From IMG/VR virus record IMGVR_UViG_3300032342_001249, positions 1 through 54,347 of that record: a DNA stretch of 54,347 bases, one strand, 5' to 3'. Positions 35,523 to 45,625 of the stretch are shown in pieces. How positions within the stretch are numbered: position 1 is the first letter of the stretch; each line of letters starts with the position of its first letter. The notes below the pieces were generated by a model. That model was not told the DNA's origin. It did not search any database and saw only the letters and a list, made by a program, of their open reading frames with translations. Origin of the DNA: a virus. Lineage: Duplodnaviria; Caudoviricetes. A program made the position numbers and the translations under genes.

Positions 35523-35596
35523 ACCCTGTCCGGCGGAGTTCCGGCGGCGACGGTCCTAACGTTGCTTAGAAGGTTCGACTCCTTTACAGGGTGCAA
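35523..35596 (+). tRNA. tRNA-Arg(CCT), atypical D arm and G32
   Basis: ACCCTGT/ACAGGGT, GCGACG-GTCCTAA-CGTTGC, GAAGG-TTCGACT-CCTTT. Confidence 0.7.
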
Positions 35597-35838
35597 ATGA
35601 TGGCGTACTGGAATATTTTTGTTCGAGATTGTAATGGTGTTGTTTGGGGACACCGTATTTATTTTGATCGACATCAGTTTTGGGGAATTGAAAATTTATA
35701 TCGAGTGTTTCCACCAAATCAATGGACTGTGTTTTTACATAAACTTTTCACTGATAATACAGGTAGTGTGACAATTACACGTGCAGATGGAGAGACAAAC
35801 GTTATTAACTGGATTAAAGAGTAATGCAAATTTATAAA

Positions 35839-35920
35839 GCTGGGTTCGCATAGCGGCGATTGCACCTGCTTTGTAAGCAGGTATCCCACATCGGGGGTTC
35901 GAGTCCCTCACCCAGCACCA
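35839..35920 (+). tRNA. tRNA-Thr(TGT), extended variable loop
   Basis: CCTGC-TTTGTAA-GCAGG, ACCA. Confidence 0.88.
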
Positions 35921-36026
35921 AAATTTATGACACAACCAAGTTGACGTTTCACCCTTAATCATAGATACTCATTAATGAACGGCTGGTCTATCGCTGGTCT
36001 TTTGTTTTGAAAGGGAGCAGATAACA

Positions 36027-36770
36027 ATGTTTTTAAGTCGGTTTCGAGGCAATTACTGGTCGTGCAGTGAATTTGCAGACTGGGTCCGTCGTAAGTTTGG
36101 TGGCATTGAGAAGCCACTTGCTGCCACAATGGAAGAGTGGGATCAATATAAAGTTGACGCTCAAGCAAAGAGCAAGGTTGTGTATTGGTTGACCGGTGAT
36201 GGATTGACAATACTGCAAAACATTGTTTATTTTCCTTACGATGTTCTTGACGCAGTTCGTTATTACTTTGTCACTCGTTTTATTACAAAGCCACACATGG
36301 TTCCAACACGATTGGAGCCAGGTGTGTATCACGAGACTGACACACGCTTGTTTCACGGAGCGTTTGAGCTTCTTGTTGACTTCATTGAAATTGAAAAGGC
36401 ATGGATGGCAGTCGTGTTTGATAGCAAGGGAGAAGAATGGGAAAAGTATGGATATCCACGGTGGTATCGTTATCGTTTGTTGAGATGGACACGTAAGTTT
36501 CGTAGTCCAGAAGCAGGACTGGCACATCTTGAGTGGGAGATGTCTCTTGACAACGATGGTCCAGAAGGATGTCCGTCACAGGCAGCAGCGGCTCGTGAAC
36601 AGCTCGCAATATACAAGTGGTGGAAGACAGAACGGCCAGCTAGAGTTGAACCATACGATGTAAAGGGTTTGACGTACGAACAGCGTCACGAAATGGAAGA
36701 AAAGTATTTTCAAGAAGACGACGAGATGTTTATTCGTTTGATCAAGGTTAGAAGGAGTTTGTGGACATAA
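36027..36770 (+). CDS. Hypothetical phage protein
   Basis: GGAG SD; LVDFIE.EKAW, QA..ARE...Y.WW...RP.R, RLIKVR.SLWT. Confidence 0.75.
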   Translation: MFLSRFRGNYWSCSEFADWVRRKFGGIEKPLAATMEEWDQYKVDAQAKSKVVYWLTGDGLTILQNIVYFPYDVLDAVRYYFVTRFITKPHMVPTRLEPGVYHETDTRLFHGAFELLVDFIEIEKAWMAVVFDSKGEEWEKYGYPRWYRYRLLRWTRKFRSPEAGLAHLEWEMSLDNDGPEGCPSQAAAAREQLAIYKWWKTERPARVEPYDVKGLTYEQRHEMEEKYFQEDDEMFIRLIKVRRSLWT

Positions 36771-36774
36771 AGAG

Positions 36775-37036
36775 GAGATAGATTGAGCTATCGCTGCCTT
36801 GAAAACAAGGTAGAGGAAGTTCAGGGATGCCTAGAACAGGATTCAACGCAATGTGGGAGGGACTGTGGTCCCATTCGCACCATAACGTTGGCCGCATTAA
36901 GCTAAACAGAATCCTATGACGCTGTTCGCCGAGGATTCGGGTTAGTGCAGTCTTCTATAAACGGAGACCAAACAGTTTAAAACTGTTTGAGACGAATGAT
37001 AGCATAAAACAGAACCCTGGCTACGGATCTATCTAC
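36775..37036 (+). ncRNA. rnpB: RNase P RNA (compact, ~260 nt)
   Basis: P1 agatagat/atctatct, P2 gctatcg/tgatagc, P3 ctgccttg/caaggtag, CR-I GAGGAAGTTCAGGG, CR-IV AGACGAAT, CR-V AACAGAACCCTGGCTA. Confidence 0.85.
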
Positions 37037-37116
37037 TTTTTGTTGTTTTGTTTAGAACACCTCTTATTAGCCGTTCACAAATAAAGCATAAATACCCTTC
37101 TACACGAGGGTATTTC

Positions 37117-38190
37117 ATGCGTTTCCTACAAGAACTAGAAGGTAATCGAGCAATTGCCAAGTCAGTTGAGAAAACTTACTTCAATGTAACCTTTCACGAA
37201 TCGTTTGGGGCGTTTCTGGAAGCCTTGCGATGTGAAAAACTCATACTTGAAGATACACAGCGAGTGGTTGTAGAACGTGGACATCTATGGGCTGATTGTC
37301 GTCGACAAGAAGGTATTATGGTTATTACAGAAGATAATCCGCTACTTACAAAAGCCACAAAGCGAATGATTGTCGGCGCTACTCGATCTACATTGGAATT
37401 ATTTGAACACGTTTTATCCCGGTATGCAACGTATTGTATTACAGAAGATATTGAACCTGACCAAATCAAAGTTAATGCTCAATATCACGAAAAACTCAAT
37501 CCATTATTTTGGGATGAATATGAAGATGGTCCACGGCTGAAAGATGATATCCGCAAGAAAATGCTTGATATTTCTGATGCATTCTGCAAATATTTGAAAA
37601 TGCCAGAAATGCATATTAGTGATATTATCTTGACAGGCAGCAACGCAAATTTTAATTGGACGGATGAGAGTGATGTTGATCTTCACGTCATTGTCGATAT
37701 GAACCAAGTTGTGAATGTGTATGGTCAGATTGTTCCAGAATATTTGGAAACAAAGCGCCGATTGTGGAATGATCAACATGAAATTACACTACACGATAAG
37801 AATGTGGAAATATATGTTCAAGATGAACAAGAACCACACACATCATCTGGAATTTATTCACTCAAGCAAAATGCGTGGGTAACAGAACCAAAATACGAAA
37901 AGCCAGAATATGACACAATTGCTGTTCGTACAAAGATAGCGAAATTTGTAAGCCACATAGATGATCTAATAGACTCAGAACAATGCGATCCAAGATGTGC
38001 AGAAGATATGATAAACAAACTTAAACGATACCGCAAAGCAGGTCTTCAGAAGAGCGGCGAATTCTCAGTTGAGAATTTGGTGTTCAAGTATCTTCGTAAC
38101 AATGGTTATCTAGAAAAGATCTCCGAGTGTAAACGACAAGGAATTGATTCGAAATTATCCATTGAAGATGAAGAATGGTGGAAAAAGTAA
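37117..38190 (+). CDS. Pol-beta superfamily nucleotidyltransferase
   Basis: DIILTGSNANFNW...SDVDLH, VEIYVQD, GEFSVENLVFK. Confidence 0.8.
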   Translation: MRFLQELEGNRAIAKSVEKTYFNVTFHESFGAFLEALRCEKLILEDTQRVVVERGHLWADCRRQEGIMVITEDNPLLTKATKRMIVGATRSTLELFEHVLSRYATYCITEDIEPDQIKVNAQYHEKLNPLFWDEYEDGPRLKDDIRKKMLDISDAFCKYLKMPEMHISDIILTGSNANFNWTDESDVDLHVIVDMNQVVNVYGQIVPEYLETKRRLWNDQHEITLHDKNVEIYVQDEQEPHTSSGIYSLKQNAWVTEPKYEKPEYDTIAVRTKIAKFVSHIDDLIDSEQCDPRCAEDMINKLKRYRKAGLQKSGEFSVENLVFKYLRNNGYLEKISECKRQGIDSKLSIEDEEWWKK

Positions 38191-38338
38191 CTTACCCTAA
38201 GGAGAATAACATGGATCTAGTTACATTGGTAATTGGGGTTGTAGTAGGCGCAGTCTTCTCTCCATTTTGGATGAAAGTTTGGAATATGGTCAAAGGCTGG
38301 TTCACGAAGTAAGGTTGTAAAGTTGAGAGGTGTGTATC

Positions 38339-38686
38339 ATGTCGTCGTTGCTTCGATTAATTTTTTGGGGTGCGCTCTGGCTAACCGCTTGGGTGTTTAC
38401 TACATTACTTCGAAGAGTTACAAAGAAGCCACGATTGGACAATTGTCTTACTTGGTCTCTTCGCCGATGGGATGAAGAAGGTGGCTACCTCGTTATCAGA
38501 TGGGGCCGGAGCGCCCGGTACAGCTGGATGAGGTGGCCACATTTTTTGTGGCTACCAGAAGACCAAAATGAGCAGCTTCGTCATTTTTTGCCCCGTGATG
38601 AAAAACATGATGAAGTGTTACTTCCTGCTCCATGGTTTGAAGGATATATTCAAAAGGGTGATCCTAAAGATATTTCAGAAAATTAA
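38339..38686 (+). CDS. Hypothetical membrane-anchored protein
   Basis: N-terminal hydrophobic helix, NCL..., WPHFLW. Confidence 0.55.
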   Translation: MSSLLRLIFWGALWLTAWVFTTLLRRVTKKPRLDNCLTWSLRRWDEEGGYLVIRWGRSARYSWMRWPHFLWLPEDQNEQLRHFLPRDEKHDEVLLPAPWFEGYIQKGDPKDISEN

Positions 38687-38781
38687 GAAGGCATAATAAA
38701 TACTGTTGTCAAACGAGTGGATTACTCGTACAGTGAAATGTAATAAGGTCAGTTAGGAACCTCAGCTCCTAACAAGAAGTG

Positions 38782-38830
38782 CTCAAGTGGATAGACTGCT
38801 TGAGGGTTAAAGCAAAGGAGCTTTGCTATG
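38782..38830 (+). promoter_or_regulatory. ATAGA-loop hairpin plus SD-containing hairpin upstream of nadV
   Basis: ctcaagtgg-ataga-ctgcttgag then agcaaag-gag-ctttgct-ATG. Confidence 0.55.
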
Positions 38831-40213
38831 AAATCGAATCTCATTCTCAATGGTATTCTCAATACCGACAGTTACAAACTTTCCCACTGGAAACAATACA
38901 AGCCGAATACAGCGACCGTTGTTTCATATATCGAATCCCGCGGTGGTTCATTCGACTATACCCAATTTTTTGGACTTCAGATTTACCTGAAAGAATATTT
39001 GTCTCAACGAATTACGCTGGAGATGATTGATCAGGCTGAAAAGATTGCACTTGCTCACGGTGAACCGTTCAATCGCGAGGGTTGGGAATACATCGTAACT
39101 ATTCACGAAGGTCGTCTACCACTTCGTGTCAAAGCAGTTCGTGAAGGTACGAATCTTCCAACCAAAAATGTTCTTGTGACAATTGAAAATACTGATCCGA
39201 AATGTTTTTGGTTGCCATCGTATGTCGAAACTGGTGCCCTACGAGCAGTATGGTATGGTACGACTGTGTCAACAATCAGCAAAAATATTAAGAAAGTTAT
39301 TGCTGAATACTTGGAAGAAACGGGTGATCCTTCTCTGATCAATTTCAAACTCCACGATTTTGGTGCACGTGGTGTTTCTTCAAAAGAAAGTGCTGGTATC
39401 GGTGGGGCAGCACACTTGGTTAATTTCATGGGTACGGATACAATTGAAGGTCTCCTGTATGCCATGGAATACTACAATACTTCTGAAGTTCCTGGTTACG
39501 GCATTCCAGCTGCCGAACACAGTACAATTACAGCATATGGTCGTGATGGTGAAGTTGACGCCTTTCGCAACATGCTTCAACAATTCGGCAAGAAAGGTGC
39601 ATTGTTTGCCGTTGTATCTGACAGCTATGACATCTACAACGCTGTTACTAATCTGTGGGGTGGAGAACTCAAACAGGAAGTAATTGACAGTGGTGCAACA
39701 TTGGTTGTTCGTCCTGACAGTGGACACCCGGCCTCGGTTGTACTCGAATGTGTGCATCGTCTTGATACAGCATTTGGTTCTGTGGTCAATGCCAAGGGTT
39801 ATCGAGTTCTCAATACTGTTCGTGTCATTCAAGGCGATGGCATCAACGAAGTGAGCATTCGTGAAATTCTGTTCACGTTGAAGATGCATGGGTATTCAGC
39901 TGACAACGTTGCGTTCGGTATGGGAGGCGCTCTCCTTCAACATATGAATCGTGACACATTGCAATTTGCTCAAAAAGCTTGTGCAATGTTGATCGACGGA
40001 AATTGGGTTGATATCTACAAGGATCCTGTTACCGATCCAGCCAAGAAGAGTAAACGTGGTCGGCTCGGATTGTACAAGAATGAGCAAGGTGAATATTACA
40101 CAGATCGTGAAGATCTGACAAAAGAAAGCCAACTTGTAACAGTTTTCGAAAATGGTACTATAACGAAGGAGTGGACGTTCGCTGAAGTACGTGAACAGGC
40201 CAACGCATCATGA
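38828..40213 (+). CDS. nadV: Nicotinamide phosphoribosyltransferase (Nampt)
   Basis: TDSYK.SH, LHDFGARG, PAAEHS, VSDSYD, VRPDSG, IQGDG, FGMGG. Confidence 0.95.
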   Translation: MKSNLILNGILNTDSYKLSHWKQYKPNTATVVSYIESRGGSFDYTQFFGLQIYLKEYLSQRITLEMIDQAEKIALAHGEPFNREGWEYIVTIHEGRLPLRVKAVREGTNLPTKNVLVTIENTDPKCFWLPSYVETGALRAVWYGTTVSTISKNIKKVIAEYLEETGDPSLINFKLHDFGARGVSSKESAGIGGAAHLVNFMGTDTIEGLLYAMEYYNTSEVPGYGIPAAEHSTITAYGRDGEVDAFRNMLQQFGKKGALFAVVSDSYDIYNAVTNLWGGELKQEVIDSGATLVVRPDSGHPASVVLECVHRLDTAFGSVVNAKGYRVLNTVRVIQGDGINEVSIREILFTLKMHGYSADNVAFGMGGALLQHMNRDTLQFAQKACAMLIDGNWVDIYKDPVTDPAKKSKRGRLGLYKNEQGEYYTDREDLTKESQLVTVFENGTITKEWTFAEVREQANAS

Positions 40214-40896
40214 AAAAGTTAGCTTATGGTATTTTCGCAGTCATTTCTCTGATGCTTTTTGCTGGGGCATATTACGAGATACTACCCACCACGATCCCTG
40301 AAGTCTTGGGGTTTGTAACAGGGGTCGTGTGTGTATGGCTCGTTGTTAAAGAGAATATGTGGAACTGGCCAATTGGAATTGCGAATAGTGCATTCTTCCT
40401 GTACACATTTTGGATAGCAAATTTGTTCGCTGACTCCATGCTACAAGTTGTTTACATTGTTCTAGGTTTTCTAGGATGGTACTGGTGGAAATTTGGGGGC
40501 GATAGTCGAAAGGAACTTACAGTTGGACGTGTGAGTTATCTCGAGATGATTTTGTTGGCAATAGCTGCTGGAATTGGTACTGTCTTCATGACACAATATC
40601 TCGAGAGTATCAAAGACGCTGCCCCATTCCTAGATGCTGTCACAACGATTTCTAGCCTCGTTGCACAATACCTTTTGTCGAGAAAGTATCTTGAGAACTG
40701 GTATGTTTGGATCGTTACTGACGTGGTGTACATCTACTTATACATCATCAAAGGACTTTACCTCACAAGTGTAACCTATATTGTGTTCTTGATTCTTTGT
40801 TTTATTGGATTAGTTGCTTGGAGGAAAACATGGAACAAACAACTGGACTCGTCATCGGCAAGTTCTATCCATTCCACCATGGCCACAAATTCCTAA
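40210..40896 (+). CDS. pnuC: Nicotinamide riboside transporter PnuC
   Basis: Multi-TM; WNWPIG, GWYWW, PFLDA..T..S..AQ.L..RK..ENW..W...D. Confidence 0.9.
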   Translation: MKKLAYGIFAVISLMLFAGAYYEILPTTIPEVLGFVTGVVCVWLVVKENMWNWPIGIANSAFFLYTFWIANLFADSMLQVVYIVLGFLGWYWWKFGGDSRKELTVGRVSYLEMILLAIAAGIGTVFMTQYLESIKDAAPFLDAVTTISSLVAQYLLSRKYLENWYVWIVTDVVYIYLYIIKGLYLTSVTYIVFLILCFIGLVAWRKTWNKQLDSSSASSIHSTMATNS

Positions 40897-41801
40897 TTGA
40901 GTTTGCAAGTGGGTATGTTGATCAGGTGACGGTAATTGTTTGTTACAAACAGGCAGACATAATTCCCGCATTTCATCGAGTAGAGTGGATCAAAGAGGCG
41001 CACCCCTCTGCGATTGTTCTTAGTGTATTATGTGATCATTTAGCAGACGACGACTCAGGAGCTTGGGCGGACACTGTTCGTAATATGATTGGTGTTCCTG
41101 ATTTTGTGTTTACCTCTGAAGATTATGGCGATCCGTTTTGCGCTTTTTTAGGTTCAACACACATTCTTGTTGATAAACAAAGATTGCATGTACCAATTTC
41201 TGCAACACTCATTCGTTCAAACCCGCAAGCCCATTTTGAAAGACTTGATCCGTGCGTTCGAGCGTACTTTGCAAAACGAATTGCTTTTGTTGGGGCAGAA
41301 TCGACAGGAACTACAACACTTGCTAAAGCAGTTGCAGCAAAGTACCACACACCGTGGGTTCCTGAGTATGGCCGCTTATATGCCGAAGGGTTAGTAACAA
41401 AGGGATTGAGTTGGTTTGATGATGATTTTGTGCACATTGCTCAGACCCAAAATGCCATCGAAGATCACATGGCTCGACAGTCAAATGGATATTTGATCGT
41501 TGACACAACGTCGTTTGCTACGTCAGTGTTTCAATTGAAATATCTGGGACATGTCACACAAAAAGTTCTTGATGTTTCAAAAGATCGAAAATATGATATG
41601 TACTTTGTTACCTATCCAGATATTCCTTTTGAACAAGATGGTACGCGCGACTCTGTTGATGATAGAATGACTATGCATCAAATGTTTATTGATGCATTAG
41701 AACGAACTGGACAACGTCACATTGTCGTCAAAGGAACTCTTCAGCAGAGACTTGATGTAGTTAGTGCGTATGTTGACAAAGGGTACTATTCGAACGTATA
41801 G
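40830..41801 (+). CDS. nadR: NadR-type NMN adenylyltransferase / ribosylnicotinamide kinase (no HTH)
   Basis: GKFYPFHHGH, ISAT.IR, GAESTGTTTL, EYGR, QDGTR. Confidence 0.9.
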   Translation: MEQTTGLVIGKFYPFHHGHKFLIEFASGYVDQVTVIVCYKQADIIPAFHRVEWIKEAHPSAIVLSVLCDHLADDDSGAWADTVRNMIGVPDFVFTSEDYGDPFCAFLGSTHILVDKQRLHVPISATLIRSNPQAHFERLDPCVRAYFAKRIAFVGAESTGTTTLAKAVAAKYHTPWVPEYGRLYAEGLVTKGLSWFDDDFVHIAQTQNAIEDHMARQSNGYLIVDTTSFATSVFQLKYLGHVTQKVLDVSKDRKYDMYFVTYPDIPFEQDGTRDSVDDRMTMHQMFIDALERTGQRHIVVKGTLQQRLDVVSAYVDKGYYSNV

Positions 41802-41825
41802 TGTTTACTCTTTAGGAGTTTCAAA

Positions 41826-42041
41826 ATGTTACGATGGTTTTTGCAGAGTATGGTTTGGCTTGGTGATGTTGCTGTCATCGGAATTGCTTCGTGGTTGATT
41901 TGGTTGTATCCTACTCAACCGTTGATTTGGATCATCGTTGCTTTGTCTTTTCAAGCATGGTATAAAACGGGCGGATTTGACGGATGGAATCCGCATAAAA
42001 TTAAACAATTTATTTCTAATGCGAAGAAGGTGGGGTTATGA
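41826..42041 (+). CDS. Small membrane protein
   Basis: AGGAG SD, two hydrophobic segments. Confidence 0.55.
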   Translation: MLRWFLQSMVWLGDVAVIGIASWLIWLYPTQPLIWIIVALSFQAWYKTGGFDGWNPHKIKQFISNAKKVGL

Positions 42042-42331
42042 AAATACTCGAACAGGGTCCAGGTTGGAGCATGGAGATGATTTGTACCGGTAATGGCAAT
42101 GGAGGCGCCGGGTGCGCATCAAAGTTATTGGTTGAGGAATGTGATCTGTTCATAACAGGACATGGTTACATGGATGGCTCATTTGATCATTTTGTTACAT
42201 TTCGGTGTTGCAATTGTGGTACCGAAACGGATGTAAATGTTCCACATCGCATACGGAACGTATTGATGAAGGCACATCGCGAAAGAAATGGTGTAGCGTG
42301 GTCTCACTTAAAAAGTTTCCCGGCCAATTAA
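42038..42331 (+). CDS. Small zinc-binding hypothetical protein
   Basis: CTG.GNGG.GC...L and C.NCG.ETD. Confidence 0.6.
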   Translation: MKILEQGPGWSMEMICTGNGNGGAGCASKLLVEECDLFITGHGYMDGSFDHFVTFRCCNCGTETDVNVPHRIRNVLMKAHRERNGVAWSHLKSFPAN

Positions 42332-42332
42332 T

Positions 42333-43175
42333 ATGTTTACTTCCGTATTTGCAGTACTCCATCCAACGAAGAAACCTGCACGTGTTCAAATGATGCTTGA
42401 AGCAATTCAAGCGGCGTGTCAACGTGCTCATGTTAATTTTGTTACTGAAGAAGCAGCTATCTTCAATACGACGTTAATTGTTGCAATTGGCGGCGATGGA
42501 ACAATGTTGCAAGCAATGCGAACTGCTGTTTTGCATGATGCAACTGCTGTTGGCATCAATCTTGGACGAGTTGGTTTTTTGACTGATATTAACTCCAGTC
42601 AATTTCCATCACAAGTCAATTTTGAAGACTTTTTCACAAATTTGTTGACAGGATCTAATGTGAATCAATTTGTTGAACAGCGAACAATGTTGTGGATCAT
42701 TCGTGGTGCAAAACCAAATCTTGCTGGAAATGAAGTTTCAATTTCTCGTACTGGTTCGGACAGTATGATTGAATATAGCATTTATGTTAATCGTTCTGCA
42801 GTTGGCACTCACCGCGCTAATAGTATTTTAATTTCAACAGCAACAGGCTCAACCGCGTACGCTCTATCTGCAGGTGGTGCTCTTATGCTTCCGGCGCTCG
42901 ATGCTTTTCAAATTGTCCCAGTTGCTCCTCTAACCTTAACGTCTCGCCCAATTGTTGTTCCTGGTGACAGTTTGATCACAATTGAAGCGTGGGCAAGTGG
43001 TATTTCCGTACGTGCAGATGGTAATGTTATTGAAGAAACAAACCAAACCTTTACACGAGAAAATCCCTTTAGCATCACGCTACAAGCGTTTGAACGTCGT
43101 TGTAAAGTGTTACATTTAGATGGTTGGAATTTCTTTGATATTCTTTCTGAGAAGTTAGGTTGGATCAAAGAATGA
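42333..43175 (+). CDS. nadK: NAD kinase
   Basis: GGDGT, GINLGRVGFL, NE, STATGSTAYALSAGG. Confidence 0.93.
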   Translation: MFTSVFAVLHPTKKPARVQMMLEAIQAACQRAHVNFVTEEAAIFNTTLIVAIGGDGTMLQAMRTAVLHDATAVGINLGRVGFLTDINSSQFPSQVNFEDFFTNLLTGSNVNQFVEQRTMLWIIRGAKPNLAGNEVSISRTGSDSMIEYSIYVNRSAVGTHRANSILISTATGSTAYALSAGGALMLPALDAFQIVPVAPLTLTSRPIVVPGDSLITIEAWASGISVRADGNVIEETNQTFTRENPFSITLQAFERRCKVLHLDGWNFFDILSEKLGWIKE

Positions 43176-43210
43176 AATACCTTCTCCAACAAGAGGTTAG
43201 TTTAAAAGTT

Positions 43211-43870
43211 ATGAAGCTAAACGAAATTAAAATTGACGTCGATGACGAAAAATCACTCGATATTGAACCTCTCAAGCATGTCAAGCCAACATACAATCAA
43301 TACCGCAAGCAATTGAACACCATGGCTGCTTGTAACATGATTAAGCAGCTTGGCGAGCCTGGAGTGTTTGGAGTTGCATATGCGTCTCCAAACGATCCAA
43401 GATTGGCTGTAAAAACGTATAAGATGAATGCTAAATATCCCGACTATCAATGGGATGCTTATACGCAGTATTTGATGCAAGTCATGAATCGAAAGCACAA
43501 TCCTTACTTTCCAAAAATCTATGATGTGCAAATTTTTGCCTGCACATCAGGTCGTGGACAACCAAAGATGTATGGTGTTGTTCATATGGAAAAATTACAT
43601 CCTCTTGGTAAAGACTATAGGAAGTTTTATCCATTTAATGATCCAGAATATGATTTATCTGATCCTGATCAATTTAACGATCCAGATCGAATGTTTTTCT
43701 TGCTTAAAATTCTTCGTGGAAAAGATCCAGCATTATACGATACGATTAACCTGATTCATCGTCTTGCAGATAATCATAGTTTCACACTCGACACACATGA
43801 AGCAAATGTTATGTGGCGTGGCACAGGATCAGATCGCCATTTAGTTTTCACAGATCCTCTCGCTTGGTAG
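43211..43870 (+). CDS. Protein kinase-like fold protein
   Basis: LGEPGVFGVAY, AVK, MEKL, DTHEANVM, VFTDP. Confidence 0.7.
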   Translation: MKLNEIKIDVDDEKSLDIEPLKHVKPTYNQYRKQLNTMAACNMIKQLGEPGVFGVAYASPNDPRLAVKTYKMNAKYPDYQWDAYTQYLMQVMNRKHNPYFPKIYDVQIFACTSGRGQPKMYGVVHMEKLHPLGKDYRKFYPFNDPEYDLSDPDQFNDPDRMFFLLKILRGKDPALYDTINLIHRLADNHSFTLDTHEANVMWRGTGSDRHLVFTDPLAW

Positions 43871-43908
43871 TTGTCTCTTCCCTGTATAAATGAGATACTG
43901 TCTATTCT

Positions 43909-44346
43909 ATGGACAAAATCTCAACTTTTTTTGGTGCTCATCGCTTTCTCTCGAATTTTTGGCCCGCTCAATTCGTGTGGGATAATATCGTTTGGGAATC
44001 TAGTGAACATGCTTACGTGGCTGCAAAAACTCTTGATCGAGACCTTCGTATCAAAATTTCTAAAATGGATGGTAAGGGGGAAGTTAAACGATTTGGACGT
44101 ACTATTGAACTTCGTTCCGATTGGGAACAAGTTAAAGTTGATCTAATGTACGAAATTGTTTATGCAAAGTTTTATCAAAATCCAAACTTAAAACAAAAAT
44201 TACTCAACACTGGTGATGCTATTCTTGAAGAAGGCAACACTTGGGGAGACCGTGTGTGGGGCATTAGTCCACCTGATAGCGGCAACGGTCGCAACGAACT
44301 TGGAAAAATCTTAATGCGTTTAAGAACAGTATTAGGAGGTTCATGA
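43909..44346 (+). CDS. NADAR (YbiA-like) ADP-ribose/N-glycosidase family protein
   Basis: FLSNF, SSEHAY.A.K, KF.QN..L...LL.TGD..L.EGN.WGD..WG, G.N.LGKILM. Confidence 0.9.
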   Translation: MDKISTFFGAHRFLSNFWPAQFVWDNIVWESSEHAYVAAKTLDRDLRIKISKMDGKGEVKRFGRTIELRSDWEQVKVDLMYEIVYAKFYQNPNLKQKLLNTGDAILEEGNTWGDRVWGISPPDSGNGRNELGKILMRLRTVLGGS

Positions 44347-44389
44347 TGTGGTACCATCGTATAAATACCCGCATAACGGAGAATAATTG

Positions 44390-44965
44390 ATGGGACTAAC
44401 ACGAAAAGCAACAAATCGAGAACTCGAAATACGAAATGAGAACAGGTATACATTACATCCACAAGAGAAAAAACGATGCACGCAGTGTGAAATTGTTTAC
44501 GACGATATTGAAACAAACTTTGATATTCATCATAAACAAATTGATGGACGTTATGGCTATAGTGGGCAATGTAAACATTGCTTACAGACAATACGAGCTG
44601 ATCGAAAAGATCGGCGGAAACGGGACGTAAAGTGGTATGGTGAATGGTTGCTAGCACACATAAGGTTTCGTGCTAAAAACTCTGATCTTGCTTTTTCACT
44701 AACGGCACAATTTTTATTTGATTTGTGGGTGGGACAAAATGGTAAGTGTTTTTATACTGGCGAAGAGATGGATTTCTTTGCTGTAACGTCCGATAAAAAA
44801 TCACCACATAAAGATTTTCCTTCGTTGGATCGAATGATTCCTAATGTTGGATATACAGAACAGAATGTTGTTTGGTGTAAGTGGGGAGTAAACAGAATGA
44901 AAAACGATTTGACAAAAGATGAGTTTGTCGCCTTTTGTCTGCAGGTGATAAAAAATGTTAAGTAA
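44390..44965 (+). CDS. His-Me finger endonuclease
   Basis: QNGKCFYTG, SLDR......GY...NV..C...VN.MK. Confidence 0.8.
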   Translation: MGLTRKATNRELEIRNENRYTLHPQEKKRCTQCEIVYDDIETNFDIHHKQIDGRYGYSGQCKHCLQTIRADRKDRRKRDVKWYGEWLLAHIRFRAKNSDLAFSLTAQFLFDLWVGQNGKCFYTGEEMDFFAVTSDKKSPHKDFPSLDRMIPNVGYTEQNVVWCKWGVNRMKNDLTKDEFVAFCLQVIKNVK

Positions 44966-45503
44966 AAACATATATTATTGCGGGATTGGAAGTCGCGAAA
45001 CTCCGGAAGATATTATTGTTCAAATGAAAATATTTGCTGGCGAAGCAGCATTATGTGGGGCTGTTCTTCGTTCCGGTGCTGCAGCAGGTGCCGACATGGC
45101 CTTTGAAGAAGGATGTGGCAAAGGACCAAAACAAATTTTTATTCCATGGAATGGTTTTCAAAAGAAACGTGAAGATACTCAAACATTCCTTCCGTTGGAC
45201 GAAGCCGGTGATTTGGCAGCAAAGGTTCATCCATATTATAGAACTATGCGTCGACCGAACAAATTATTAATTGCCCGTAACATGCATCAAATCATGGGAC
45301 CAGATTTAGATACCCCTACAAATTTTGTAGTATGTTGGACTAAGGATGGCTGCACGGATCATCATACCTATACTCCACAAAAAACTGGAGGGACGGGATC
45401 AGCTATTGCTCTTGCCTCAACACAAAAGATTCCTGTATTTAATTTGTTACATCCACAGCATTTGCAACAAGCATATCAACAACTTGTTGAGATTATGAAG
45501 TAA
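44955..45503 (+). CDS. SLOG/DprA-like nucleotide-binding protein
   Basis: GIGSRETP, LRSGAA.GAD.AFE, ARN..QI.G, GGTG.A, PVFNL. Confidence 0.8.
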   Translation: MLSKNIYYCGIGSRETPEDIIVQMKIFAGEAALCGAVLRSGAAAGADMAFEEGCGKGPKQIFIPWNGFQKKREDTQTFLPLDEAGDLAAKVHPYYRTMRRPNKLLIARNMHQIMGPDLDTPTNFVVCWTKDGCTDHHTYTPQKTGGTGSAIALASTQKIPVFNLLHPQHLQQAYQQLVEIMK

Positions 45504-45625
45504 GTTAGCGATAATTAAATCACTTATTAAGGAGTTCAAAATGTTATTTCTTGCATTGTTCACATTCTGCGTTGCGTTAGCTTTCCACGCAATATTCGGA
45601 ATCGGCAGTTAAGGATCTTTAAATA

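Noticed and set aside
43871-44146. In-frame ORF right after the TAG of the kinase-like gene (possible amber readthrough extension)
   Set aside because: It overlaps the well-supported NADAR gene in another frame and has no recognisable motifs; probably chance
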